A stretch of 64,000 nt of DNA from Bacteroidia bacterium (lineage in GTDB: Bacteria; Bacteroidota; Bacteroidia; SpSt-205). This document shows, piece after piece, positions 19,105-29,544 of the stretch (position 1 is its first letter; the number at the start of each line of letters is the position of its first letter). The position numbers and the translations under genes were made by a program. The notes below the pieces were generated by a model that was not told where the DNA came from, did not search any database, and saw only the letters and a program-made list of their open reading frames with translations. The stretch lies in the NCBI GenBank assembly GCA_026003235.1, contig BPGW01000004.1, positions 2,711-66,710 of the forward strand. The letters run 5' to 3'.

Positions 19105-22100
19105 ATGCACAAGTTCATCCAGGTCTGGCTCATAGCGGGGCTGGTGCTGGCGCAGGAGTGCGACATCATTTTTGTCTCGCCCAACGGCAGCGCGGGCCCT
19201 GGCAGCGGCACCCGAGATAACCCCGCCGAACTCAACTACGCCATCGCTAACCTCCTTACGCCGACTATCCGACGGCTTTACTTGGCGTATGGCATCTATA
19301 CCCTTACGCAGCCGCTGCCCTTACATAACGGGATCCAAGTAGAAGGAGGCTTTGACCCAGCGCAGGGATGGCTCAAAACGAATCTGTATCCTACGATTCT
19401 TTTCCGGGCGGCGGTCAATCCTCAGCCCAACCCCAGTCGGCTTGTGGCGATTGAAGGCATAGGTGTGAGCGGCTTTCGGCTCCAGGACCTGGAAGTGTAT
19501 GTAGAAGATGCTACGTCCCTGGGGGCTGGCACCACCACCTATGCGCTCTACCTCAATGGGTGCAGCAACTATGTGGTCAATCGGTGTCGGTTTTCGGCGG
19601 GGGCAGGAGCCAACGGCGATCCTGGGCAGAATGGTGCAGCGGGTCGCAATGGCGCAGCGGGGCAGATTGGCCAGCCTGGCGATGAGGATGGGGGCTGCTG
19701 TCGCAGCGGAGGCGCAGGCGGGAGCAGCTGGTCGGGGGGGCTGGTAGCAGGAGGCCGAGGGGGTGACGGCGGCCAGCGAGGCACCTGTGCCCCAGGCCAG
19801 GCCTTCCCCGGAGCCGCGGGCGCAGCAGGCAACCCTGCTGGCCCTCAACCCTACGCCCCCGCAGGGGGAAGTGGAGGGGCAGGAGGGGTAGGGAATGCTA
19901 CCCTGATCTCGCTGAATTGCGATAATTTCACTCAGCAAAATGGTGGGGATGGTCAGCCGGGCCAGAATGGCGCCAATGGTGCGGCGGGCGGGCCTGGCGT
20001 GCCCACGCATGCGGGGGGCTTCTTCCAGCCTGGCAACGGCCAGGACGGCCAAGATGGGCAGCATGGCTCCGGAGGCGGTGGCGGCGGAGGCGGGGGTAGC
20101 CAGGGTGATCTCATTTGTGCCTTTAGTAATCCCAATGGTTCGGGTGCGGGAGGAGGTGGAGGCGGCGAGGGAGGAGAGGGAGGGAAAGGCGGAAAAGGCG
20201 GGGGCGGCGGCGGCGGCTCCTTCGGCATCTATCTCTGGAATAACGGACCTGGAGCGCTCCTGGTAGATGTGATAGCGGAGTCCAGCTTGCCAGGCGCCGG
20301 AGCTGCGGGTGGATTCGGCGGGGTGGGCGGCATCGGCGGCGCAGGAGGCTGTGGAGGAGCACGCGGGTGTGCTGGCCAACCCACCGCCTGCGACATCGGC
20401 TACGGAGGCAACGGAGGCGCAGGCGGTAACGGCGGTAACGGCGGCAATGGCGGCCAAGGCGCATCCGGCCTGGCCCAGGATGTGTATATTCATTCCGGCA
20501 GCACCGCTCCCACCCTCTCTACCTTCCGCAGCCCCGACGAACCCAAAGTCTTCATCCAATACACCGGCTGTACCCAGCGGCAACTCAAGTTGTGGACGGA
20601 TGCGGCAGGGTATTTGGTGTGGTTCTTTGGACCTGGAAGCACACCTCCCACGGCGATCGGAGATACGGTCTTCACCCGTTATACGACCCTGGGCCGTAAA
20701 AGCCTCTCTCTCGTGGCAAATGGCCAGACGTACACCTATTATGAGTACTTAGACATTCGGGACGACGGGAGCGGCACCAATCCCACCTTCACCCAAAGCG
20801 CTGACACGATATGCTTGGGAGGGCAGGTCACGTTCACCAGCAGCTTAGCAGGGGCCCAGAACTATGCCTGGGACTTCGGTGGGGGAGCTCCGCCTGTGTC
20901 CGGCCCCCTAAACCAAACGGCCCAAGTCACTTTCACCACACCTGGTACCTTCACCGTGACCCACCGAACCTACTCGCCCTGCTGTGGCTGGTCGGATCCG
21001 CATCGGGACACCGTGGTGGTGCTTCCTGACCCTGCGCCGACGCTCACCATTCAAACCAGCACCGGCAGCGTAGAGACGTGTGAAGGTGCGCCTGTGGTGT
21101 TTACAGCTCAGCTCCAGAACTTTGCGCCCAACCCGACGATTACCTGGCAGGTGAATGGTAATCCGGCGGGTTCCGGCTTGACCTTCCTTTTGGCTAATCC
21201 GCAGCCCGGCGACCAGGTGCAGGCCATCGCTGTTGGAAATACCGCTTGTTCGCGGGGGCAGCCCATCCCCTCCAACGCGGTGACGCTGACCGTCCATCCC
21301 CGGCCGCAAATACAACCCCTTACGGTCGGATGCTTCACCATCACCGGTAACCTCGTGCCAGGGGACCTGATCACGCTGTCGGCTACAGCTACCGGGGGTA
21401 CGCCGCCGTACACTTACTACTGGGACTTGGGCGATGGTCGGGGCGCTACGGGCAACCCCGCCACCATCCTCTATCCCGTCGCGGGCACTTATCAGGTACG
21501 GCTTACGGTGGTGGACGCGCAAGGCTGCACCAGCAGCAACACCGCCGCTTGCGAAACCACCCTCGTGATCAGCTACCGTCCGGTGGCTGCTTTCTCCGCT
21601 GCGCCCGTAGCGGGATGCCCTCCCCTCACGGTTCAGTTCACCAACCAAAGTGTGTACGCCCAGGCTTACCTCTGGGACTTCGGGGATGGCACACCCCGAA
21701 GGACTGACGCCAATCCCACCCACACCTACACCACCTCTGGCGAATACACCGTGACCCTCTATGCGTTTTCGGCGGGCTATACCGACACCGCCAAGGTACA
21801 AACCCAAGTGGTGGTGTACCCTCGGCCGGTAGCGGACTTTTCCGTCTTTCCCCCGGTGCTTTACGAGGCCGACACCGCGTATTTTGTCTCGCAGTCGCAG
21901 GGCGCCACGGCATGGATTTGGAACTTCGGGGACCCTCTCAATCCTTCGGCTTCCTCCACCCAACCGAACCCCTCCTACTTTTACGCTCAACCGGGTAGCT
22001 ACACGATAACCCTCATTGTGGAGAACCTCTACGGTTGTCGGGACACCCTCACGCGCCCTGATGCGGTGGTCAAGCTGCCTAACCCGGCGCCTACTGCGCT

Positions 22101-22332
22101 GGGGTTCTTTCCACGAGAAGCGCTTCAAGCCTGGCCTAACCCCTTCTCAGAAATGGTCCATTTGCGTCTCCCTCAGCAGGCAGACTTGGCCTTGTATGAT
22201 AGCAGGGGGGCAAAGTTGGCTGCTTGGAAGCTTTCTGCGGGTGTACATACGTTGTCTTTGGACCACCTACCCAATGGACTGTACTTTTTGCGGGTAGGTC
22301 CCTGGACGCTGAAACTCCACAAATCAAGCTAA
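19105..22332 (+). CDS. Gly-rich secreted protein with PKD domains and T9SS type A CTD
   Basis: ATG 19105 follows TACATTTG; signal ...VLAQ; IFVSPNG...GTRDNP N-domain; ~290-aa GGxGGxG region; several WDFGDG-type PKD repeats; AWPNPF...LYDSRG...LPNGLYFL CTD. Confidence 0.85.
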   Translation: MHKFIQVWLIAGLVLAQECDIIFVSPNGSAGPGSGTRDNPAELNYAIANLLTPTIRRLYLAYGIYTLTQPLPLHNGIQVEGGFDPAQGWLKTNLYPTILFRAAVNPQPNPSRLVAIEGIGVSGFRLQDLEVYVEDATSLGAGTTTYALYLNGCSNYVVNRCRFSAGAGANGDPGQNGAAGRNGAAGQIGQPGDEDGGCCRSGGAGGSSWSGGLVAGGRGGDGGQRGTCAPGQAFPGAAGAAGNPAGPQPYAPAGGSGGAGGVGNATLISLNCDNFTQQNGGDGQPGQNGANGAAGGPGVPTHAGGFFQPGNGQDGQDGQHGSGGGGGGGGGSQGDLICAFSNPNGSGAGGGGGGEGGEGGKGGKGGGGGGGSFGIYLWNNGPGALLVDVIAESSLPGAGAAGGFGGVGGIGGAGGCGGARGCAGQPTACDIGYGGNGGAGGNGGNGGNGGQGASGLAQDVYIHSGSTAPTLSTFRSPDEPKVFIQYTGCTQRQLKLWTDAAGYLVWFFGPGSTPPTAIGDTVFTRYTTLGRKSLSLVANGQTYTYYEYLDIRDDGSGTNPTFTQSADTICLGGQVTFTSSLAGAQNYAWDFGGGAPPVSGPLNQTAQVTFTTPGTFTVTHRTYSPCCGWSDPHRDTVVVLPDPAPTLTIQTSTGSVETCEGAPVVFTAQLQNFAPNPTITWQVNGNPAGSGLTFLLANPQPGDQVQAIAVGNTACSRGQPIPSNAVTLTVHPRPQIQPLTVGCFTITGNLVPGDLITLSATATGGTPPYTYYWDLGDGRGATGNPATILYPVAGTYQVRLTVVDAQGCTSSNTAACETTLVISYRPVAAFSAAPVAGCPPLTVQFTNQSVYAQAYLWDFGDGTPRRTDANPTHTYTTSGEYTVTLYAFSAGYTDTAKVQTQVVVYPRPVADFSVFPPVLYEADTAYFVSQSQGATAWIWNFGDPLNPSASSTQPNPSYFYAQPGSYTITLIVENLYGCRDTLTRPDAVVKLPNPAPTALGFFPREALQAWPNPFSEMVHLRLPQQADLALYDSRGAKLAAWKLSAGVHTLSLDHLPNGLYFLRVGPWTLKLHKSS

Positions 22333-22336
22333 TCCC

Positions 22337-25300
22337 ATGCGATACGCTGTAGCTTTTCTCACGGCAGGCCTGCTGTATGCCCAGAGTTGTGGGTATCTCT
22401 ATGTATCGCCCACGGGTACACCGGCTGCTGCGGGTACGCCTTCGGATCCGCTTTCGCTGCAAGCGGCGGTAGCGCAGGCGGCTGCTGGCCCTGTCAAACA
22501 CCTTCGCTTGGCTATAGGGGACTATCTCTTGACGGCGCCGCTTTCTCTGGAAGACAATGTTATTTTGGAGGGGGGCTTTGATCTGTCGGGGCCGGTGCCC
22601 GTCAAGCGCAGCGGAGGAGTCACGCGCCTGCGCCGCCTAAGTGGCACCCCTGAGCCTAACCCTTGTCGGCTCGTGGCCGTCCAAGCCGTAGGTAAGAGCG
22701 GCTTTGAGCTCCATGACCTCTACATAGAAGTGGAAAATGCCAGCTATACGGCTGACGGGCCGGGCTGCTCCACCTATGGGTTATACCTCAGTGGGTGCTC
22801 TAACTATCAGATCGTGCGGTGCCGAATCCATGCAGGGGATGCCACGGATGGCAAGCCGGGGGATCCGGTGCCCAATGGACGCGATGGAGCTCCAGGCGCA
22901 AAGGGAGAGGATGGATGTCGGCAGTGTCAGCCAGGGGTGGACGACCCCAATAACGATGGAGGAGCAGGGGGCAGTAGCTGGTCAGGCGGTGCACAAGCAG
23001 GCGGCCAAGGCGGCCAAGGAGCCCCTATCGGCCTCGGACGGGGCCCGGCTGGCTGCTTTGATTTTAACTTTTGTAACGGGGCTAGCGCGCCCTCAGGTCA
23101 GAACGGCCAAAATGGTTCCACCAGCATCGTCGGACAGCCCGCAGGCCAAGGGGGCGCGGGAGGGCAAGGGCAGAATATCTGCAGTAATTTCACAGATGCG
23201 GCGGGTTTCATCGGGGCTTTAGGGGGGTGCCCCTCGGACGATCCTTTGCGAGGGGGACAGCCTGGTACCAATGGAGCGAACGGCCGTGATGGAGCGGATG
23301 GCCTCCCGGGCAGCCCTTCTTTTGCGGGGGGATGGTTCTTGCCAGGCGACGGTCAGGACGGTCAGCCCGGGGAACATGGAAGTGGGGGAGGCGGGGGCGG
23401 AGGTGGCGGAGCGCTGGGAGGGATTCCCTACGATATAGCGTGCTTCACCATTGACGATGGGTACACCAACAGCTCGGGTGGGGGCGGGGGCGGTGGCGGA
23501 GAAGGAGGTGAAGGCGGCCCCGGCGGAAAAGGCGGCGGTGGAGGGGGAGGAGCTTTTGCGCTCTTCCTGTGGAATAACGGCGCCAACGGCATCATCAAAG
23601 ACTGTCCTCTCACGGTGGGCCAAGCAGGACAAGGGGCCTCAGGTTCTGCAGGAGGGATAGGCGGCCAAGGCGGAGAAGGAGGATGTGGCGGGGGATGGAT
23701 CGGCTCCCCTTGCACTCGTTTCTGCGGGTCGCCTCCCCTTCCGTCCAACAGCTGTGGGGCAGGCTGCCAGGGAGGTTGGGGCGGCAATGGCGGCCGCGGG
23801 GGTAACGGGGGTCGGGGCGGCCGCGGCGGCGATGGCGCCAGCGGCCTCGCCCAGCCCTTCTACCAAAACCTCGCCGGCCAACCCCCCACCCTCACCAGTA
23901 GCTTCGTCCCTACCGAGCCGCCTATAGCCGTCTCGGGCTTGGTGTGTAGCCATTCCGAAGTCTCTTTTTCGGTGGAAAACGCAGACCCGCTCACCCAATA
24001 CGAATGGGGCTTTGGCAGCGGGGCACAGCCCATCTTCGGATACGGCCCTACCGCTACGACTTTCTTCACGGCGCCTGGATTTCATACGATTCTCCTGCGG
24101 GTGAATGGGGTGCCTTTCCGGTATACCCTTTTTGCTTCGCCGACGCAGCCGGGCGTGATACCTGACGTCCAGCCTGGGGGAAACCTGCCCGTGTGCTTAG
24201 GCGCTACCGCCACTTTCCAAGCCAGCCTCACCAACCCCGCCAACCGCACCATCCTTGAATACGCCTGGTCCCTGCAAGGGCCTGGCATCTCGGACAATCA
24301 GCAAGGGCCTGCCCTTTCCTCTTACACCACCCCCACTCTCAACCAAGCGGGCACCTACAAAGTGTACCTGAGGGTGCGTTCCGAGTGCTGCGGGTGGTCT
24401 ATATGGGACTCGCTCAGCTTTGATGTCGTGCCTACACAGACCATGACGGCTCAGCTTATTGCTTCACCGCCTGCCGTCTGTGAAGGCCAGCCCATTACCC
24501 TTACGGTCGTAGGAGGAAACGTAGGCCCTAATCCCACCTACGTCTGGCGCAAAAACGGCACTCTCATCGCCGCAGCTACAGGCAGCACCTACACCGACCC
24601 CAACCCCTCTAACGGCGACACTTACACCGTAGAAGTCACTTCCAGCTTGGCCTGCATTTCCAACAGCCCCCTCACCACCAACAGCGTAAGTGTGGTGGTG
24701 CACCCTCGTCCGCAGCTTGTCTGCCCGGCGGCCCCCCTGCAGGGGTATTTGGGGGCTCCGGTGACCTTCGTCCTGGATGCCTCTAATGCGGCTCAGCTTC
24801 AACCGCCTTTCTCTTACCAGATAGACCTGGGCAATGGCTTCTCTCCAAGCGGTCAGACACCTACGCTACCCGCTCAGGTCAATGCCTCCTATGGTGGGGC
24901 AGGTACCTACACGGCCACGATCACCTTGACGGATGCCCGAGGGTGTTCAGCTTCCTGCCAGGTGCCTGTAAGCATCTCGGCTTCGCCTCCTCCCGCAGCA
25001 GACTTTTCCGCAGACCGCCAGGAGGGATGCGATCAGCTCACGGTAACCTTTACAGCCAATCCAGCGGCCGACGAGTACCGCTGGAACTTTGGGGACGGCT
25101 CGGCTCCCTTGCAAACCACCCAAAATCCCGTCTCCCATACCTACACCCAAGTAGGCTTCTTCACCGTACAGCTTGAAGCTCGTTTCGGAGCTACCTGGGT
25201 GCCTGTGGAAAAAGTGCATTATATACGAGTGTACCGCACCCCTTCTCCTCAAATTGGGGTTCTCAGTGCCGCCTGTGAAAACCAGGCGGTTCAGTTCGGG

Positions 25301-26251
25301 GATGTTGGCGCAGACGGATACGAGTATTTGTGGGATTTTGGCGATGGCAGCACAAGTACAGCTCCGGGCCCTCAGCATGTATACGCCAGTTCAGGGACCT
25401 ACACGGTGACCCTGACAGCCTGGAGCCATAACCGGGCTTGCTCTGCTACGGTCCAAAAGCAGGTGGTGGTGCAGCGCCGTCCAGATGCCGACTTCACCTT
25501 GCCGGCCACGGCGGGGTGTCCGCCTCTCCTCCTAAACCCAGTCAACACCTCCAACCCTAACGGCGCTACCGATGTGAAGTACATCTGGGTGTGGGGCGAC
25601 GGAAGGCGAGATACCGTCTCCAGTGGTGCTGTAGCGCATACGTACACTTCGCCGGGGCAGTACAACCTTGAACTGGTGGCTTATTCCGCTGAAGGGTGTA
25701 GAGATACGGCTCGAGCCCTCGTCACCGTCTACGCCCGTCCTCAGGCTGCTTTCAGCCCTCAGAACGCTCAGCAAACCCAGCCTAACACCCAGGTCTCCTT
25801 CACCAATCAGTCCCAGGGAGCCGTTTCCTACTTCTGGGACTTTGGCAATGGCCAGACCAGCACCGAAGTCAACCCCCCTCCAGTAGACTTTCCCCAGCCA
25901 GGTACCTATGCGGTGCTTCTGATTGCCCAGAACGCCCAGGGATGCGCAGATACCGCTCGCGGCACTGTAGTCATCGAACCCGGCCTGGACATTTTCATCC
26001 CTAATGTCTTCACTCCAAACGGTGATGGCATCAACGATGTGTGGCAGATTCGGGCGACGCTGCCTTATCAGGTGTGGGTATACGACCGATGGGGCAATCT
26101 GATTTTTGAGGGCAGCAACGCTCGCCTATGGGATGGGCGCAACCGTGCTGGAGGGGAGTGTCCGGAGGGGGCCTATACCTACAAGCTGATAGCGACTTTG
26201 CCGGGTGGCCGGAGCTTCACGCGCTCGGGGACGGTGACGCTGTTGCGGTAG
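22337..26251 (+). CDS. Gly-rich secreted protein with PKD domains and T9SS type B CTD (paralog of upstream gene)
   Basis: Signal ...LLYAQ; LYVSPTG...GTPSDP; Gly-rich region; multiple PKD repeats; IPNVFTPNGDGIND..YDRWG..WDG..GTVTLLR CTD. Confidence 0.88.
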   Translation: MRYAVAFLTAGLLYAQSCGYLYVSPTGTPAAAGTPSDPLSLQAAVAQAAAGPVKHLRLAIGDYLLTAPLSLEDNVILEGGFDLSGPVPVKRSGGVTRLRRLSGTPEPNPCRLVAVQAVGKSGFELHDLYIEVENASYTADGPGCSTYGLYLSGCSNYQIVRCRIHAGDATDGKPGDPVPNGRDGAPGAKGEDGCRQCQPGVDDPNNDGGAGGSSWSGGAQAGGQGGQGAPIGLGRGPAGCFDFNFCNGASAPSGQNGQNGSTSIVGQPAGQGGAGGQGQNICSNFTDAAGFIGALGGCPSDDPLRGGQPGTNGANGRDGADGLPGSPSFAGGWFLPGDGQDGQPGEHGSGGGGGGGGGALGGIPYDIACFTIDDGYTNSSGGGGGGGGEGGEGGPGGKGGGGGGGAFALFLWNNGANGIIKDCPLTVGQAGQGASGSAGGIGGQGGEGGCGGGWIGSPCTRFCGSPPLPSNSCGAGCQGGWGGNGGRGGNGGRGGRGGDGASGLAQPFYQNLAGQPPTLTSSFVPTEPPIAVSGLVCSHSEVSFSVENADPLTQYEWGFGSGAQPIFGYGPTATTFFTAPGFHTILLRVNGVPFRYTLFASPTQPGVIPDVQPGGNLPVCLGATATFQASLTNPANRTILEYAWSLQGPGISDNQQGPALSSYTTPTLNQAGTYKVYLRVRSECCGWSIWDSLSFDVVPTQTMTAQLIASPPAVCEGQPITLTVVGGNVGPNPTYVWRKNGTLIAAATGSTYTDPNPSNGDTYTVEVTSSLACISNSPLTTNSVSVVVHPRPQLVCPAAPLQGYLGAPVTFVLDASNAAQLQPPFSYQIDLGNGFSPSGQTPTLPAQVNASYGGAGTYTATITLTDARGCSASCQVPVSISASPPPAADFSADRQEGCDQLTVTFTANPAADEYRWNFGDGSAPLQTTQNPVSHTYTQVGFFTVQLEARFGATWVPVEKVHYIRVYRTPSPQIGVLSAACENQAVQFGDVGADGYEYLWDFGDGSTSTAPGPQHVYASSGTYTVTLTAWSHNRACSATVQKQVVVQRRPDADFTLPATAGCPPLLLNPVNTSNPNGATDVKYIWVWGDGRRDTVSSGAVAHTYTSPGQYNLELVAYSAEGCRDTARALVTVYARPQAAFSPQNAQQTQPNTQVSFTNQSQGAVSYFWDFGNGQTSTEVNPPPVDFPQPGTYAVLLIAQNAQGCADTARGTVVIEPGLDIFIPNVFTPNGDGINDVWQIRATLPYQVWVYDRWGNLIFEGSNARLWDGRNRAGGECPEGAYTYKLIATLPGGRSFTRSGTVTLLR

Positions 26252-26255
26252 GGGG

Positions 26256-26320
26256 AGCGGCGCGCCCCCCTGCGGGGGGCGCGCCGCTTGCAAAAGGCGC
26301 CGCCCCTGCGGGGCGGCGCC
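26256..26320. repeat. Two related perfect GC-rich hairpins with TGC/GCA triloops (15-bp and 11-bp stems)
   Basis: agcggcgcgcccccc-tgc-ggggggcgcgccgct and ggcgccgcccc-tgc-ggggcggcgcc. Confidence 0.8.
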
Positions 26321-26355
26321 AAAAAAAAAGCGGGCAAGCCTTGTAGGCTTGCCCG
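26321..26355 (-). terminator. Intrinsic terminator of ahcY
   Basis: 11-bp stem cgggcaagcct/aggcttgcccg followed on the minus strand by C and T9. Confidence 0.8.
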
Positions 26356-26377
26356 TAGTCCTTACCGCTTCTACCTC

Positions 26378-27691
26378 TTAGTACCGGTACCACTCAGGCT
26401 TATAGGGCCCCTCCACAGGCACCCCAATATAAGCCGCCTGCTCCGGCGTCAGCTCATCCAGCTCAGCGCCGAGCTTAGCCAAGTGAAGCCGCGCCACCAT
26501 CTCATCCAGATGCTTGGGCAGGGTGTAGACCTTGTTCTCGTACTGATCGCCTTTCGTCCAGAGTTCTATTTGGGCCAGCACCTGGTTTGAAAACGAGCAG
26601 GACATTACAAACGACGGGTGCCCTTCAGCACAGGCCAAGTTCATCAACCGTCCCTCCGCCAGCAAGATAATTTCCTTCCCCTCCACATTGTACACATCCA
26701 CATAGGGCTTGATGGTGTACTTGGTGTGGCCGTAGTGTTTATTGAGCCAAGCGACATCAATTTCCAGGTCAAAGTGGCCGATATTACCCACGATGGTTTT
26801 GTCCTTCATGGCCAGGAAGTGCCGGCCTACTACGATATCGCGGTTACCGGTGGCGGTGATGATGATGTCGGCCAGGGGTACGGCGTTGTCCATTTTCATC
26901 ACCCGGAAGCCGTCCATCACGGCCTGAAGGGCGCAGATGGGGTCGATTTCGGTGACGATAACTTGGGCGCCGGCACCGGCGAAAGCTTGGGCGGTACCAG
27001 CGCCGACGTCGCCATATCCTGCCACCACCACCGTTTTTCCGGCGATCATCACGCCTGTAGCCCGCCGAACCGCATCCACCGCCGATTCTCGGCAGCCGTA
27101 GATGTTGTCAAATTTAGATTTCGTGACCGAATCGTTCACATTGATGGCGGGGAAGGGGAGCTTCCCTTGTGCAGCGTATTCATACAATCGGCGTACACCC
27201 GTTGTGGTTTCTTCCGATACCCCGCGGATGCCTTTTGCCAGGTGTGGATATTTCTCTATAATTAGCCAGGTCAGGTCTCCCCCGTCGTCCAGGATCATGT
27301 TGAGAGGGCGGTCGGGGCTGCCAAAGAAGAGAGTCTGCTCAATGCACCACCAGTATTCTTCTTCGGTTTGGCCTTTCCAAGCGAAGACAGGAATGCCTGC
27401 GGCGGCGATGGCAGCGGCCGCGTGATCCTGCGTTGAGAAGGGATTGCAAGAGGCCCACCGCACTTCTGCCCCCAGCTCTACAAGGGTTTCAATCAGCACG
27501 GCCGTCTCAATCGTCATGTGGAGGCACCCGGCAATGCGAGCCCCTTTGAGGGGTTTAGTATCTCGGTACCGTTCTCGCAAGGCCATAAGGCCGGGCATCT
27601 CCGCTTCGGCCAGGCGGATTTCTCGGCGGCCCCATTCGGCCAGCGAAAGGTCCGCCACCTTGAAGTCTTGCGTTTGTGTAAGCATAGGCAT
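26378..27691 (-). CDS. ahcY: Adenosylhomocysteinase (true start may be ATG 27685)
   Basis: [44 protein letters not shown]. Confidence 0.98.
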   Translation of the reverse strand: MPMLTQTQDFKVADLSLAEWGRREIRLAEAEMPGLMALRERYRDTKPLKGARIAGCLHMTIETAVLIETLVELGAEVRWASCNPFSTQDHAAAAIAAAGIPVFAWKGQTEEEYWWCIEQTLFFGSPDRPLNMILDDGGDLTWLIIEKYPHLAKGIRGVSEETTTGVRRLYEYAAQGKLPFPAINVNDSVTKSKFDNIYGCRESAVDAVRRATGVMIAGKTVVVAGYGDVGAGTAQAFAGAGAQVIVTEIDPICALQAVMDGFRVMKMDNAVPLADIIITATGNRDIVVGRHFLAMKDKTIVGNIGHFDLEIDVAWLNKHYGHTKYTIKPYVDVYNVEGKEIILLAEGRLMNLACAEGHPSFVMSCSFSNQVLAQIELWTKGDQYENKVYTLPKHLDEMVARLHLAKLGAELDELTPEQAAYIGVPVEGPYKPEWYRY

Positions 27692-27765
27692 AGCAAAGGT
27701 ACAGCGTCTCTAACAAAAATGGGCCCCTGGGTTCGCTAAAAAACGGTTCGGATTACCTTTGGGGG

Positions 27766-28819
27766 GTGTCTTGGGAGGAATGGCCCTCCGGTTCTCTCTG
27801 GAAAAGCCGCTGGGAAGCCCTGGTCAAGGCGGAACGGCTTCCTGCGGCGTTTTTTATGGGTGGGTCCAGAAGGCGTGGGTAAAACGCCTATAGCCCTCAC
27901 GCTGGCTCAAGCCCTCCTTTGTACAGAAGGAGATGGGGTCACTCCCTGCGGTCAATGCCCCTCCTGCAGAGCCACGCTGAGTCTCAGCCATCCCCACCTT
28001 TTTTCTGGTGCCTCCTTTGGGTGGGGGCAAGCCTCTGGAAGAAGCCTCGGCCCTCTTTCGGGAACGGCTCTCCCAAGACCCTTTTTTATCCCTTGTGGAG
28101 TGGGAGGAGGCTCTGTTGGGAGGCAAAGGTTCCCTCTCCATCGGAGTTGAGACGGTGCGGAAGCTGCAGTCATGGCTTACGCTTGCGGTGCCTGGCCGCA
28201 GCTGGCGAGTGGTCCTTTTCTGGCAGGCCCAGCTTCTGACTCGCCAGGCTGCTAACGCCCTCCTCAAAGTGGTGGAAGAGCCCCCCCGAGAAAACGCTGT
28301 TTCTTTTTCTTGCTACTCGCTTAGAGGCCCTGCCTGCGACCTTGCGCTCGCGGTGTAGGGTGTGGCGATTTCCTCCGCTTTCTGCGCAAGAGCTCCAAGC
28401 CTTGGCTGGGCAGCCCCCTCCCCCCTTTCATCCTGGCCATGGCGGAGGGTAGCTACAGCCGCATCAAGCGCCTCCTGGCCCCCGAACAGGAACCTTATAT
28501 TCAGGCTTTGCGGGACTGGCTGCGCGGACTTTTTCGCTTGGAAGATCCTTCCCGCTTCGTTGCTGCCCTGGAAACCCTCCTCAAGGCTCCCCGTCTGCCC
28601 GAACTCTTGCTGGTAGGCGTAGCGCTGGTGCGGGCCCACCCCGAACTTTCCTTGGTTCAGAAAACCTGGCTCATAGACGCCCTGCTGCGCTTAGCTGACG
28701 AACTGGAAGCCCACCTCAATCCTCCCTTGCTTCTGTGGGAAGCGACCCTGCGTTTACAGGCCCTGATGCGAGATCCCAACCCTACGCTTGAAGGCCTCCT
28801 GAGCGAAGCCGTTTTCTGA
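27766..28819 (+). CDS. holB: DNA polymerase III delta' subunit; several frameshifts
   Basis: GPEGVGKT Walker A; C..PCGQCPSC zinc motif; AANALLKVVEEPP; TLRSRC in a shifted frame. Confidence 0.8.
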
Positions 28820-29544
28820 GGCGAGCACGCGCCAAGCGAAGCCAGACTACCCCCCCGATGGCTTCCTGGATGACCTGGCGGCTCATTTTTGACTGGCCGG
28901 CTGTCCGTTCCACAAATACAATGGGCACTTCCACCAGGCGAGCCCCCGCCAAATACGCTTTGTACTTCATCTCAATCTGGAAAGCGTATCCCCGAAAGCG
29001 AATGGGGTCCGCCTGAAGCAGCTTCGCCAGCAGATCCCGTCGGTACCCTACGAACCCTGCCGTAGGGTCACGAACCGGCATGCCTGTCACCCACCTTACA
29101 TACAGACTGGCCCCGTAGCTAAGGAGGATGCGGCTCAAAGGCCAGTTGACCACGGTGATGCCGCGCACATAACGCGAACCAATAGCCATGTCCGCGCCGT
29201 TCTGGAGGGCTTCCGCCAGGGCAGGTAGGTACTGCGGAGGATGGCTGAAATCCGCATCCATCTCATAGATGTATTGGGCGGGCGTATGGGCTAAAATCCA
29301 AGCAAACCCCGCTTCGTACGCTCGTCCCAGCCCTTCTTTTCGTTCCCGCCGTAGAAGGGCTACAGGTGCCTCCGGCTGCGCTTTTTGGAAGCTCTCCACG
29401 AGACGGGCTGTACCGTCGGGGGAGGTTGTCGTCTATGACGAGCACGCCGACTTTGAGGGGTAGGTTTAGAAGGGCCTCCAGCAATCGGAGGATATTTTCA
29501 GCTTCGTTGTAGGTGGGGAGGGCAATCCAGTGTTCAGGCGGCAT
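28782..29544 (-). CDS. Polyprenol monophosphomannose synthase-like GT2; frameshift near 29420
   Basis: PTYNEAEN, IDDN/PDGT, GLGRAY, MDADFSH, GSRY, GYAFQIEMK. Confidence 0.88.

Noticed and set aside
27692..27765. SAH/SAM riboswitch upstream of ahcY
   Set aside because: The promoter box is 2-8 nt from the start codon, leaving no leader.
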